Assembly: GCA_001567365.1 (NCBI GenBank)
Contig: JZEL01000027.1
Location: 1 to 44,841, forward strand
From: Parcubacteria bacterium OLB19
GTDB taxonomy: Bacteria > Patescibacteriota > Minisyncoccia > Phycocordibacterales > UBA918
Length of the DNA: 44,841 bases
Direction of reading: 5' to 3'
Below are positions 9,893-18,338 of the stretch, one piece after another. The notes beneath the pieces were generated by a model. The model ran no database searches. It was not told where the DNA came from and saw only the letters and a program-made list of their open reading frames with translations. Positions within the stretch are counted from its first letter, which is position 1. Every line of letters starts with the position of its first letter. The position numbers and the translations under genes are program-made.

Positions 9893-9901
9893 TTATTAAA
9901 T

Positions 9902-9926
9902 AAACCCGTCGCAAGGACGGGTTTTT
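9902..9926. terminator. Hairpin terminator shared by convergent genes
   Basis: AAACCCGTC GCAAG GACGGGTTT followed by a T run. Confidence 0.7.
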
Positions 9927-10287
9927 ATAATCTTACGGGTATTGGATTCGTAAAATTTTTCTCGTAGATAATTCTGTTCGTTAATATACCATTGATCATT
10001 ATGGGGCTTTGAACAGCTTTAACTATACTTTTATGGCGCCATTTGTCTAAAACAAATTTTATATCTTTTATATGTATTTTTCTCTCGGCTTTTACCCTGA
10101 GATCATAAACAGACATAGGTCTGGTTAAAAGTCTCAGTACAAACAGATCTAATTTTGTGTAACTTGTGGCAGAAATTTCTTTCTTAATTTCCTCGCCAGT
10201 TTTCTTATTATTTTTCTTGAGTATGAAAACTAATGTCTTCGGTTTTACAATATTTATTTTATAAGCACGACGACGCTTTTTAGGCAT
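9925..10287 (-). CDS. Small, very basic hypothetical protein
   Basis: 120-aa ORF with a Lys/Arg-rich N-terminus (MPKKRRRAYK) and no recognisable motif. Confidence 0.45.
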   Translation of the reverse strand: MPKKRRRAYKINIVKPKTLVFILKKNNKKTGEEIKKEISATSYTKLDLFVLRLLTRPMSVYDLRVKAERKIHIKDIKFVLDKWRHKSIVKAVQSPIMINGILTNRIIYEKNFTNPIPVRL

Positions 10288-10388
10288 GATGCTCTCCTGT
10301 ACAATACTAAGAAAACAATATAATTTTATTTAGTTTAATGCAAATTTCACTCTAGACACTTTTTGGAAGTGTGATAAAACTATAGGCT

Positions 10389-11420
10389 ATGAATTTTTGG
10401 GAAAAGCTACCAACCCCTTTCTTTGTCTTGGCGCCGATGGCGGATGTAACCGATGCGGCTTTTCGGCGTATGATTGCCAAATACAGTGCTCACAAGCGCG
10501 CTGATGGAACCATTGGTGGACCGGATGTGATGTGGACAGAGTTTGTTTCGGCGGATGGTTTGGTGCGGGCGACGCCGGAGGGTCGCGAGAAACTAATGGC
10601 GGACCTAGTGTACGATGCAACCGAGCGACCCATAGTAGCTCAGCTTTTTAGTAGTGATGAGGGACATATGGAATATGCCGCCAATCTCTGTCGTGAACTT
10701 GGTTTTGATGGAGTTGATATTAATATGGGTTGTCCAGATCGTTCGATTGAAAAACAGGGTTGTGGTTCGGCAATGATTAGAAATCCCGAATCAGCGGCAA
10801 AAATCATTCGAGCTGCTAAGAAAGGTGCTAAGTCTGACGAAATGGGAGGAATTCCTGTTTCGGTTAAAACCCGTTTGGGTTACAATCGCGATCAGCTCGA
10901 AGAATGGTTACCGTTTCTTTTGAATGAAGAACCTGCAGTTATCACTGTACATGGTCGCACCAGAAAGGAAATGAGTAAGGTGCCAGCCAGATGGGAGAGA
11001 ATTGGAAGAGCGGTGGAGATAAGAAATGAAATTCAAAAGGAAAATAGTTTTAAAACCAGAATTATTGGTAACGGTGATGCTTTGTCTCTTCTGGATGCGC
11101 GCCGGAAAGCTTCGCTTTCCGGCGCTGATGGCGTCATGCTTGGTCGGGCTATTTTTGGTAATCCTTGGCTCTTTCATCCAGATTTAACGATAGAATCTAT
11201 TCCACTCAAAAATAGATTGAATGTTATGCTTGAACATACAGAATTATTTGTTGAACTTTTACCATTCAAAAACCTCGCAGTGATGAAAAAACATTACAAA
11301 GCTTATGTAAAAGATTTTTCTGGGGCCTCAGAACTCAGAGCTAAATTGATGGAACAGGATTCCGTTTCTAATATAAGGGAGATTGTCGAGGATTTTTTGG
11401 TAAAAAATCCGCAACTATAG
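10389..11420 (+). CDS. dus: tRNA-dihydrouridine synthase
   Basis: Typical Dus TIM-barrel motifs: LAPMADVTDAAFR, GVDINMGCP, VSVKTRLG, ITVHGRTR. Confidence 0.93.
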   Translation: MNFWEKLPTPFFVLAPMADVTDAAFRRMIAKYSAHKRADGTIGGPDVMWTEFVSADGLVRATPEGREKLMADLVYDATERPIVAQLFSSDEGHMEYAANLCRELGFDGVDINMGCPDRSIEKQGCGSAMIRNPESAAKIIRAAKKGAKSDEMGGIPVSVKTRLGYNRDQLEEWLPFLLNEEPAVITVHGRTRKEMSKVPARWERIGRAVEIRNEIQKENSFKTRIIGNGDALSLLDARRKASLSGADGVMLGRAIFGNPWLFHPDLTIESIPLKNRLNVMLEHTELFVELLPFKNLAVMKKHYKAYVKDFSGASELRAKLMEQDSVSNIREIVEDFLVKNPQL

Positions 11421-11479
11421 CTTAGTTTTCCACTGTCATATTCTGAAGTCGTTTGATTTACTTGTTAAAATATTAGGAG

Positions 11480-11806
11480 ATGAACGAAATACTACACGCC
11501 AACATTTTCTTTTTTATTGCCAGTGTGGCAACGGTGGTTTTCTTGATTTTGATATCTGTAATTCTTTATCATGCAATAAAGATTATTAAATCAGTCAGGT
11601 CTATTGTCGAAAAGGTTGAGGCTGGTAGTGAAGTGCTTGCTGGCGATGTCGCAAATCTCAGGTCACAAATTATTAATGGGGGCGGTTTTGTTACTAAATT
11701 CATCACTCTCTTTATGAATAATTCAGGAATCTTTGGTGGACAAGAGCGGGGAAGACGAAAAAGTTCATCCACTAAGCGCTCAAAAACGAAAGAAAGTGAG
11801 GAGTAA
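11480..11806 (+). CDS. Hypothetical single-pass membrane protein with a basic tail
   Basis: N-terminal TM helix and a C-terminal RGRRKSSSTKRSKTKESEE tail. Confidence 0.5.
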   Translation: MNEILHANIFFFIASVATVVFLILISVILYHAIKIIKSVRSIVEKVEAGSEVLAGDVANLRSQIINGGGFVTKFITLFMNNSGIFGGQERGRRKSSSTKRSKTKESEE

Positions 11807-11824
11807 TTTAAATAAAATAATTTT

Positions 11825-12271
11825 ATGGCAACAAATAAAAACGCTGGGGACAAGAAGGGAAATAATCTAGGAGTGGCTGTTGGTCTAAGTGCGGTAGCAG
11901 CAGCAGTTGGCGCCTATTTTATGTATGGAAGCAAGAAGGCAGCAAAGAATCGAAAAGCGGTAAAGAGTTGGATGTTTAAGGCTAAAGCTGAGGTTTTGGA
12001 AGCTTTGGAAAATACTCAAGAGATGAGTAAGAAGGAGTACGATAAACTAATCGATACTGTCGGTACTTCATATTCAAATATTGCGACTGCTTCCCGAGCT
12101 GATTTAGCGGCCTTTAAGAAAGAAATGAAGGATCATTGGTTGGAAATTGCCAAAACCGCTGTTCCTAAGAAAGAACCAGCAAAAAAAGTTGCAAAAAAAG
12201 CACCAGCTAAAGCTACACCTAAAAAAACCGCCAAAAAAACTGAAAAAGTAGCAACAGAAACTCAGGGATAA
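11825..12271 (+). CDS. YtxH-like membrane-anchored protein with a Lys/Ala/Pro-rich (histone H1-like) tail
   Basis: Gly/Ala-rich TM segment, a helical middle region, and a KKEPAKKVAKKAPAKATPKKTAKK tail. Confidence 0.55.
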   Translation: MATNKNAGDKKGNNLGVAVGLSAVAAAVGAYFMYGSKKAAKNRKAVKSWMFKAKAEVLEALENTQEMSKKEYDKLIDTVGTSYSNIATASRADLAAFKKEMKDHWLEIAKTAVPKKEPAKKVAKKAPAKATPKKTAKKTEKVATETQG

Positions 12272-12288
12272 TACTATTTAAAATTTAT

Positions 12289-12328
12289 TAAACCGCTTTT
12301 GCCAAAGGCAAAAGCGGTTTAATTTTTT
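12289..12328 (+). terminator. Rho-independent terminator
   Basis: 16-bp stem TTAAACCGCTTTTGCC / GGCAAAAGCGGTTTAA followed by a T run. Confidence 0.85.
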
Positions 12329-12349
12329 CAATCTGTTATACTAGTCGAT

Positions 12350-13387
12350 ATGTCAGAAACAGGAGCATTATATAGAAAATATCGACCACAAAATTTTTCA
12401 GAAGTTAAGGATCAGGAACATATTGTTACAGTCCTCAAAGGAATTATTAATAAGGATAATATTCCACACGCCTTACTTTTTTCCGGTACTCGTGGTACCG
12501 GAAAAACTACTCTGGCTAGAATTTTTGCTAAAGAAATTGGCACTAGTAGTATTGATTTATATGAAATCGACGCTGCTAGTAATAGAGGTATCGATGATGT
12601 TCGTGAACTTAAGGAAGCTGTTCATACGGTACCTTATGAATCAAAGTTTAAAGTCTATATAATAGATGAGGTGCATATGCTTACCAAAGAAGCTTTTAAT
12701 GCTCTTTTAAAAACTTTGGAAGAACCCCCAGCACATGTGGTGTTTATTTTAGCTACTACTGAGGAAGAAAAATTGTTGGATACTATTTTATCGCGTTGTA
12801 TGGTGTTTCGTTTTCGTTCACCATCACGAGCGGTGTTGTCTGAAATTGTGACCGAAGTGGCGGGTAAGGAAGGATTTAAATTATCACCTGAATCAGCTGA
12901 TCTTATTGCTATTGCGGCCGATGGGTCTTTTCGTGACGCATTGGGGGTAACACAAAAGGTGATTATGGCTTTGGGTGAGAAGCTTGGTGAGGCTGATGAG
13001 GTGGCGATGATTATTGGTGCGCCGAAGCGAGCAATAATTTTAGCTTTACTAAAAGCTTTTCATACAAAAAATGTTGAGTTAGGTTTGTCGGTAATTAATC
13101 AAGCGGTTAATGAGCATGTTGACATCAAGCTCCTGCTTCGGTTACTACTTGAGCATGTTCGTACAATAATGTTACTTCGTAACTTATCTAACAATCAGGA
13201 TGTGATATTAGAAGCATATAATCCAGATATGCAAAGTGAATTAAAAGCGATAACAAAGGAATCAAGTACACCTCTTAATTCACATCTTTTATTAAAACTC
13301 ATTGCTACGGTAGAACAGACAAATCGTTCACCTTTACCGGCACTACCTTTGGAGATTGTGATGGTGGAGCATTGTGAAAGTAAGTAA
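12350..13387 (+). CDS. dnaX: DNA polymerase III subunit gamma/tau (short form)
   Basis: YRPQNFSEV; Walker A GTRGTGKTT; DEVHMLT; sensor SRC (ILSRCMVFRF). Confidence 0.92.
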   Translation: MSETGALYRKYRPQNFSEVKDQEHIVTVLKGIINKDNIPHALLFSGTRGTGKTTLARIFAKEIGTSSIDLYEIDAASNRGIDDVRELKEAVHTVPYESKFKVYIIDEVHMLTKEAFNALLKTLEEPPAHVVFILATTEEEKLLDTILSRCMVFRFRSPSRAVLSEIVTEVAGKEGFKLSPESADLIAIAADGSFRDALGVTQKVIMALGEKLGEADEVAMIIGAPKRAIILALLKAFHTKNVELGLSVINQAVNEHVDIKLLLRLLLEHVRTIMLLRNLSNNQDVILEAYNPDMQSELKAITKESSTPLNSHLLLKLIATVEQTNRSPLPALPLEIVMVEHCESK

Positions 13388-13390
13388 GAT

Positions 13391-14020
13391 ATGAAAAAAA
13401 TTTATATTGTTAGACACGGTGAAACAGACACTAATGAATTAGATGTAGTGTCTGGTGAGCAGGGAATTTTATCAGAGAAAGGCATAAGACAGGCTCAGAG
13501 TTTAGCGAAGCGATTTGAAGAAATTGATTTCCATCACATTTTCACTAGTGATTATAAAAGAGCCAAAGAAACCGCTAGCTTTATTGCTAAAAAGAATGAA
13601 AAAGTTTTGCTAGATGAACCTTTGCTTCGAGAGCTTACTCGACCATCTGAGTTTTTAGGTAAACCCCGTACTTCACCTGAATATTTAGCTTTTCTTGATG
13701 CTTTAGATTCTAATATTAATGATCCAGATTGGCATTTTTCTGATGAAGAAAATTTCTTTGATTTAATAAAAAGAGTAAATGAGTTGTTTACTAAACTGGA
13801 AAATTTTGAAGGTGATATTGTGTTGGTTTCTCATGCGCGTATGGTTATGACTGTGACTATGTATGTACTGATGGGTAAACAACTCACTCCAGAGGTTTGG
13901 AAAGCGGGAATGAGACATATGGTTGTGTTAAATACTGGTATTACCACTATAGTTTACAATGAAGAGAAGCAGATTTGGAAGTTAGAAATGTTTAACGATC
14001 GAGCTCATTTCGCAGATTAA
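13391..14020 (+). CDS. Histidine phosphatase family protein (phosphoglycerate mutase-like)
   Basis: RHGETDTN catalytic motif at the N-terminus and a downstream SH(A) motif (VSHARM). Confidence 0.85.
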   Translation: MKKIYIVRHGETDTNELDVVSGEQGILSEKGIRQAQSLAKRFEEIDFHHIFTSDYKRAKETASFIAKKNEKVLLDEPLLRELTRPSEFLGKPRTSPEYLAFLDALDSNINDPDWHFSDEENFFDLIKRVNELFTKLENFEGDIVLVSHARMVMTVTMYVLMGKQLTPEVWKAGMRHMVVLNTGITTIVYNEEKQIWKLEMFNDRAHFAD

Positions 14021-14024
14021 GATA

Positions 14025-14639
14025 TTGTTTATGGATGTATATTTTATTCGACATGGTGAAACTGACGGTAACGTAGCCAAGCGTCATCAGCATCATGATA
14101 CTGAGCTGAATGAGGTTGGTCAGATTCAGGCTGAGATGGTGGCTGATAGGGTGATGAAGATTAAACCAACACATATTATAACCAGTACAAATCTAAGAGC
14201 TGTTGAAACTACCAGAATTATTGCTAAAAGATGTCCTGATGTTATTCCAGAAACCAATACTATCTTTGAAGAGTTAAAAAGACCAGATTGGTTAACTGGG
14301 GATCGTTTTTTTGGTCTAACAACGGTTTTGTACATATTGAGATGGTTTCTAAACTACAAAATTGAAGGTGGTGAATCTTATGATGATTTTGCAAAACGAA
14401 TTATTGAAGCTAGGAGCTATCTAGAATCATTACCAGATGATTCTTGTGTCGTGGTGGTGTCCCATTCTGTGTTTATTAATTTATTTCTCGAATATCTTCA
14501 TTCTGATAAAAAAATCAGTTTTTGGCGTGCATGCAGGCGTTTAGTGTTTATTCTAACTATGAGAAATGTAGAAATGATTCGTTTAGAACATAATTCTTTA
14601 GAAAATGATATTAGTTGGAGGATAGTTGGTAAATTGTAA
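14025..14639 (+). CDS. Histidine phosphatase family protein, tandem paralogue
   Basis: RHGETDGN and VSHSVF motifs. It starts 4 nt after the preceding paralogue. Confidence 0.85.
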   Translation: MFMDVYFIRHGETDGNVAKRHQHHDTELNEVGQIQAEMVADRVMKIKPTHIITSTNLRAVETTRIIAKRCPDVIPETNTIFEELKRPDWLTGDRFFGLTTVLYILRWFLNYKIEGGESYDDFAKRIIEARSYLESLPDDSCVVVVSHSVFINLFLEYLHSDKKISFWRACRRLVFILTMRNVEMIRLEHNSLENDISWRIVGKL

Positions 14640-14743
14640 AAAATACAATTTACCAATAAAGCCTTGAATCTTTTACTGGCTGTGGCAATATAGTGCAAAG
14701 GGCGACGAAAGCTATCGCAATCGTCGCCTTCACAAATTGATAT

Positions 14744-14814
14744 TGCCGATTCGTCTAATGGTAGGACTACGGTTTCTGGTACCGTCTATTGGGGTTCGAG
14801 TCCCTGATCGGCAG
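14744..14814 (+). tRNA. tRNA-Gln (anticodon CUG), no encoded CCA
   Basis: Manual cloverleaf: acceptor TGCCGAT/ATCGGCA (U1-A72, G73); D arm GTCT/GGAC; anticodon arm ACGGT-TTCTGGT-ACCGT; T arm TGGGG-TTCGAGT-CCCTG. Confidence 0.9.
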
Positions 14815-14816
14815 CG

Positions 14817-14860
14817 AGTACAATAAAACACCATTTTGTCAATGGTGTTTTATTTGTACT
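14817..14860 (+). terminator. Long hairpin terminator after the tRNA
   Basis: AGTACAATAAAACACCATT / AATGGTGTTTTATTTGTACT. Confidence 0.75.
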
Positions 14861-14866
14861 TACTTA

Positions 14867-15013
14867 GCCAAGCAGGGACGAGAAAGGTTTGCGATGTGAG
14901 GCGACCTCCGCAGGAGCCGAACCAGCAAACCCGGGTCGGGCGCGTGCGGTATTTTGAATGACGAAGTATGATAAAATACCCACAAGCGTGACCGAGTCCC
15001 TGATCGGCAGCCA
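14867..15013 (+). other. GC-rich structured non-coding element ending in a 19-nt copy of the tRNA-Gln 3' end plus CCA (att relic, MITE-like unit or tRNA-linked ncRNA)
   Basis: 14993-15011 is identical to 14797-15815-equivalent tRNA positions 14797-14815. 14867-14879 pairs 11/13 with 14996-15008. Internal hairpins lie at 14898-14908, 14930-14940 and 14948-14980. There is no credible ORF. Confidence 0.5.
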
Positions 15014-15068
15014 ACTCGTGCGTAGCACGAAAAGCGTTAATGAGACGCTTATCTTGTTTTGCAAAGAC

Positions 15069-15096
15069 TTAGCAAAATTATTGAATACGATATAAT
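15069..15096 (+). promoter_or_regulatory. Candidate sigma70-type promoter (TTAGCA-16 nt-TATAAT) placed for a leaderless transcript
   Basis: The -10 TATAAT at 15091-15096 ends 6 nt before ATG 15103, with no Shine-Dalgarno sequence between them. Confidence 0.35.
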
Positions 15097-15239
15097 CAAC
15101 TTATGGAATATCTAGTAGAAATTTTAATCGGCCTAATGATAACAATGGGTGGCGGTCTGATTCTCTATCATGTATTTGGTATAGGTAAAAACAATAAACC
15201 TACCCACAATGGAGGAAATGGTGGTGATGCAAAAGATCA

Positions 15240-16052
15240 GTGGGAGTAACTCTGTTGCTATTGGTAGGGATTGGAGGAGGGGGTGGACCAGGAGGAAAAG
15301 GTGGGGATGGAGGTAGCGCTGAGATTGTAGGTGATAATGGGTTTGCAATGGGTGGAGAAGGTGGTGAGGCAGGACAGTTAGATAGAGGTGGTCGTGAAGG
15401 CAGAAGTCCTTTGGAAATTTCAGGAGTTCCTAATACGCAACTTCCTGACGGAACTCATCTATGGGATTACGGCAGAGGTGGAGACGGTGCTAGTCCAATT
15501 AAGATGAAAAGTTGGTGGAAGAAACCAGAAATCTTTATTCCAATTTTAATAGCGCTCGTATCCGTACCATGGTGGCCTGCTTGGTGGAGTTATACAACGT
15601 CAAACAGTATTTCTGATAAACCTATAACACAATCGCACGATGGTTCTGGTGATAATGTGGCAGGTGACAAAAATGTCACCTACAGTGTTGGATCTCTACC
15701 TGTTCGTGAACTTAACGAACAAGTTGCTAGTTGTATCTTAGATCAATTATCTAGAATTGGAGGTAAAATTGTAACTTTTGAGCTGTACGGCACTTGGGTG
15801 ACAACAAAAAATGAAACAGGAGGAGGAATGTTTGGGCAACCACCCGACAATGAAACAATCAATTTTACAAAACAAATTGCAACCCTACTGAAAGAGAAAA
15901 ATTATGAGGTTGATGAAATGTATACAAGTATCTCAAGTTTTAATGTAGACGAACCTGCATTCACTGGTCTATTAGTTAAAAAGGGAGATGATAACAACAC
16001 TATCTCTATTCTCATTGGTCCAAATGACGGAAGGCAAGTTGCATGTAACTGA
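15240..16052 (+). CDS. Gly-rich membrane protein of unknown function (probably begins at ATG 15103 in another frame)
   Basis: ORF with GGGGGPGGKGGDGGSAEIVGDNGFAMGGEGGEAG repeats, a Trp-rich TM segment (IFIPILIALVSVPWWPAWW) and a C-terminal domain of about 150 aa with no recognisable motif. Confidence 0.5.
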   Translation: MGVTLLLLVGIGGGGGPGGKGGDGGSAEIVGDNGFAMGGEGGEAGQLDRGGREGRSPLEISGVPNTQLPDGTHLWDYGRGGDGASPIKMKSWWKKPEIFIPILIALVSVPWWPAWWSYTTSNSISDKPITQSHDGSGDNVAGDKNVTYSVGSLPVRELNEQVASCILDQLSRIGGKIVTFELYGTWVTTKNETGGGMFGQPPDNETINFTKQIATLLKEKNYEVDEMYTSISSFNVDEPAFTGLLVKKGDDNNTISILIGPNDGRQVACN

Positions 16053-16212
16053 AATTTACACTTCAAGAGTTATGGGTTTGTGCACGAGACGCGTCGAAAT
16101 TGAATTCTAAAATATAGTAAAACGGTCAGGTAGGGCTTGGAGGTTTGCGGTTCTAGCCCGAGTGTCTCAGCAATGAATATAAAATGAACTATCTCTTTTA
16201 CTTCACTTTATT

Positions 16213-16244
16213 GTAGGACTACGGTTTCTGATACCGTCAATTGG
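16213..16244 (+). repeat. tRNA-Gln relic (D-stem 3' strand to variable loop, anticodon arm intact)
   Basis: 32 nt with 2 mismatches to tRNA positions 14761-14792. There is no acceptor or T arm, so it is not a functional tRNA. Confidence 0.8.
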
Positions 16245-16246
16245 AG

Positions 16247-16273
16247 CTGAAACAGTCTGGGAGACTGTTTCAG
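16247..16273 (+). other. Perfect 12-bp hairpin immediately after the tRNA relic
   Basis: CTGAAACAGTCT GGG AGACTGTTTCAG. Confidence 0.7.
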
Positions 16274-16368
16274 GAGATTGATTAGTATTTTTGAGTGAGT
16301 ACGATAAAATGCTGACAACCTGTACAGATCCTGTAAGGATCGAGTCTCTGCTTGTTATTATAATTCAT

Positions 16369-16674
16369 ATGTTTAAAAAATATCTTGATTACATAAAAAA
16401 CAATCCAGAACGTTATTGGTTTAAGCGGAAGGTTTGGGGTTGGGGTTGGGTTCCGGCTACTTGGCAAGGGTGGTTTGTTACTTTCATGTATGTTGCTATT
16501 GTGTTCCTTCTTGTTCTATCAAGAGAGGAAGCTGTTACAGGAAATCCTGATTCAGGGAGCAATTTTCTAGTGTTGGGATTGCCGATTATTTTATTGACAG
16601 CTCTTTTTCTTTTTATTACGTACAAGAAAGGGGAAAAACCTAAGTGGCAATGGGGACTGCCAAAGGATAAGTAA
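16369..16674 (+). CDS. Small two-pass membrane protein (Trp-rich WGWGW motif)
   Basis: MFKKYLDYIKNNPERYWFKRKVWGWGWVPATWQGW followed by two TM segments. The track ORF begins at TTG 16291, but ATG 16369 is the more likely start. Confidence 0.55.
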   Translation: MFKKYLDYIKNNPERYWFKRKVWGWGWVPATWQGWFVTFMYVAIVFLLVLSREEAVTGNPDSGSNFLVLGLPIILLTALFLFITYKKGEKPKWQWGLPKDK

Positions 16675-16840
16675 TTAACCGAAACAGGTTTGATGAAAGG
16701 TAAAAAAGACCGTGTGTTGGCCTGGGTGTCCACATCGTTAGTTTTTTGATTGGTTTAGTGTGATTCTAGTTTATTATGTTTGTCTACTACATGATAAAAT
16801 AAAGGAGAGTTAATAAAAACCTAATAATCTTTCATAACAT

Positions 16841-17422
16841 ATGAATAAATATATTGTTGAAGCTTTGGGGACAGGAGCGCTCACACTAGTAGTTGGACTT
16901 TCTTTAATCGGTACGTTCCCAGTATCGACACCAATTCTGGCCGCACTCACGCTTGGACTTTTTGTTTATACAATCGGTCATATTTCTGGTACTCATATAA
17001 ATCCAGCAGTGACATTAGGAGCTTGGAGTATTGGTAAAATTGAAACAAAAGTCGCCATGTTTTATATTGTGGCGCAGATGTTGGGTGCAGGTATAGCAAT
17101 GTTGTTTATGTCTAAATTCGCCACCTTACCTGAGCTTGTGGTGTCAGGAGAGGGTGTTATTGGTTTAGCTGAATTTCTTGGTGCTTTCTTTTTTACTTTT
17201 GGCATCGCTTCGGTGGTTTATGGAAAGGTGTCAGGAGTATTGTCGGGTGTGGTTGTAGGTGGTTCACTTCTACTCGGTATTGCCATTGCAGTTTTGCTTG
17301 GTAGTAATGGTGTACTCAATCCAGCGGTGGCTTTCGGTATTGGTTCATGGGGTCTTATGTATGTATTCGGACCTATTTTGGGAGCGATTTGTGGTATGCA
17401 GGCGTATAAGAGGTTGATGTAG
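16841..17422 (+). CDS. Compact MIP-family channel (aquaporin/glycerol facilitator-like)
   Basis: Two NPA boxes (HINPAVTLG, LNPAVAFG) and six hydrophobic segments in only 193 aa. Confidence 0.88.
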   Translation: MNKYIVEALGTGALTLVVGLSLIGTFPVSTPILAALTLGLFVYTIGHISGTHINPAVTLGAWSIGKIETKVAMFYIVAQMLGAGIAMLFMSKFATLPELVVSGEGVIGLAEFLGAFFFTFGIASVVYGKVSGVLSGVVVGGSLLLGIAIAVLLGSNGVLNPAVAFGIGSWGLMYVFGPILGAICGMQAYKRLM

Positions 17423-17537
17423 AGAAGCTTAAGTATTCACGATTATTATAATTGAAAACCAAAAAATTTAAGAAATTAAACAAACCCAACATAACAAAGG
17501 TGTTTCATTATATCAATAAACAATAAATACGAAATAT

Positions 17538-18206
17538 ATGCAGTATGAAATAAAAAGGTATTTTGAGTTGAGTGGTTTTCTGTTATTTATGTGTTACGTT
17601 TCAGGTTTTTTCGCTTGGAATTCATATCTAGGACATTTTGCATTTTTTGAATATGATCTACTTCAAACTAGATTTATTTCTGCTGGTGCTTTGATTATTG
17701 TTCCCTTGATTGTAATTTATTTGATTTCGAATAAGCTTAATAATCGGTTTTTTAAACTTGATATTAAAAATAAAATAGCGACTTACATAGTCTGGGTAAT
17801 TGTATTTTCATACATTGTCTTTCCTTTTGTTCCAGGATATCTCGGTGGCGCTTCGCCAAGTCTTGTGAGTATTGTTGCAGACACAAATACTCTAAATACA
17901 CTCAAATCTATGAATCTTTTACATTCTGATGGTATAGAGAGTATTAGAGGATGTAAAATATACGAAAATAGCGACCTATTAATTATAGGTTTCCAACCTG
18001 TAATTACGCTGTACCCATCGCAAACAAAATTTTTACCAGATAAAATTGAGACCAGTGGAGGTCGAATTCTTCACATAAGCAAAGAGAGAATTCTTGCCAC
18101 CAGTGTCTTACCCCAAGGTCAAGTTATTGAAGAGTTTTCACTTTTGTGCAAAACACTGCAGGCGCAATATGGTGCAAGAGGGTTATCAAATTTATTTGTG
18201 AAGTAA
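17538..18206 (+). CDS. Hypothetical membrane protein (3-4 TM + soluble C-terminal domain)
   Basis: ORF with hydrophobic segments and no recognisable motif. Confidence 0.5.
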   Translation: MQYEIKRYFELSGFLLFMCYVSGFFAWNSYLGHFAFFEYDLLQTRFISAGALIIVPLIVIYLISNKLNNRFFKLDIKNKIATYIVWVIVFSYIVFPFVPGYLGGASPSLVSIVADTNTLNTLKSMNLLHSDGIESIRGCKIYENSDLLIIGFQPVITLYPSQTKFLPDKIETSGGRILHISKERILATSVLPQGQVIEEFSLLCKTLQAQYGARGLSNLFVK

Positions 18207-18300
18207 AATAAATTAATGAATTATAGATATTTTCTGTTTTTATGTTATAGGTATAGAAGAAAAATTTGTTTTAACTTAGAAAAGTGAGGTCTTTCATGAG

Positions 18301-18330
18301 AAAAACAGACCTCCTAAGGTCTGTTTTTTT
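18301..18330. terminator. Bidirectional terminator
   Basis: AAAAACAGACC TCCTAA GGTCTGTTTTTTT. Confidence 0.8.
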
Positions 18331-18338
18331 TATTTCAA

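Noticed and set aside
13391-14639. The tandem histidine-phosphatase pair as a two-component toxin-antitoxin-like module.
   Set aside because: Both carry the same RHGE...SH catalytic signature and similar length. A simple tandem paralogue duplication is sufficient.
14867-15013. The GC-rich element might be SRP (4.5S) RNA, tmRNA, RNase P RNA, 6S RNA or a riboswitch.
   Set aside because: On neither strand could I find the hallmark motifs. Missing are the GGAA tetraloop with AGCA/AGG loops of SRP helix 8, the tmRNA G-U acceptor, tag ORF and GGTTCGA T-arm, and the RNase P P4 AGGAAAGUCC. I also saw no T-box, SAM, GEMM, TPP, glycine or glutamine riboswitch cores. A covariance-model search is still needed.
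14864-15064. The 66-aa minus-strand ORF across the GC-rich element.
   Set aside because: It overlaps the tRNA-derived repeat and the hairpins. It has no start context or recognisable sequence, and the reading frame is most likely a by-product of high GC content.
16181-16273. A second complete tRNA gene.
   Set aside because: Only the D-stem 3' strand to the variable loop is present. There is no acceptor stem and no T arm. The long hairpin that follows cannot serve as a variable or T arm.
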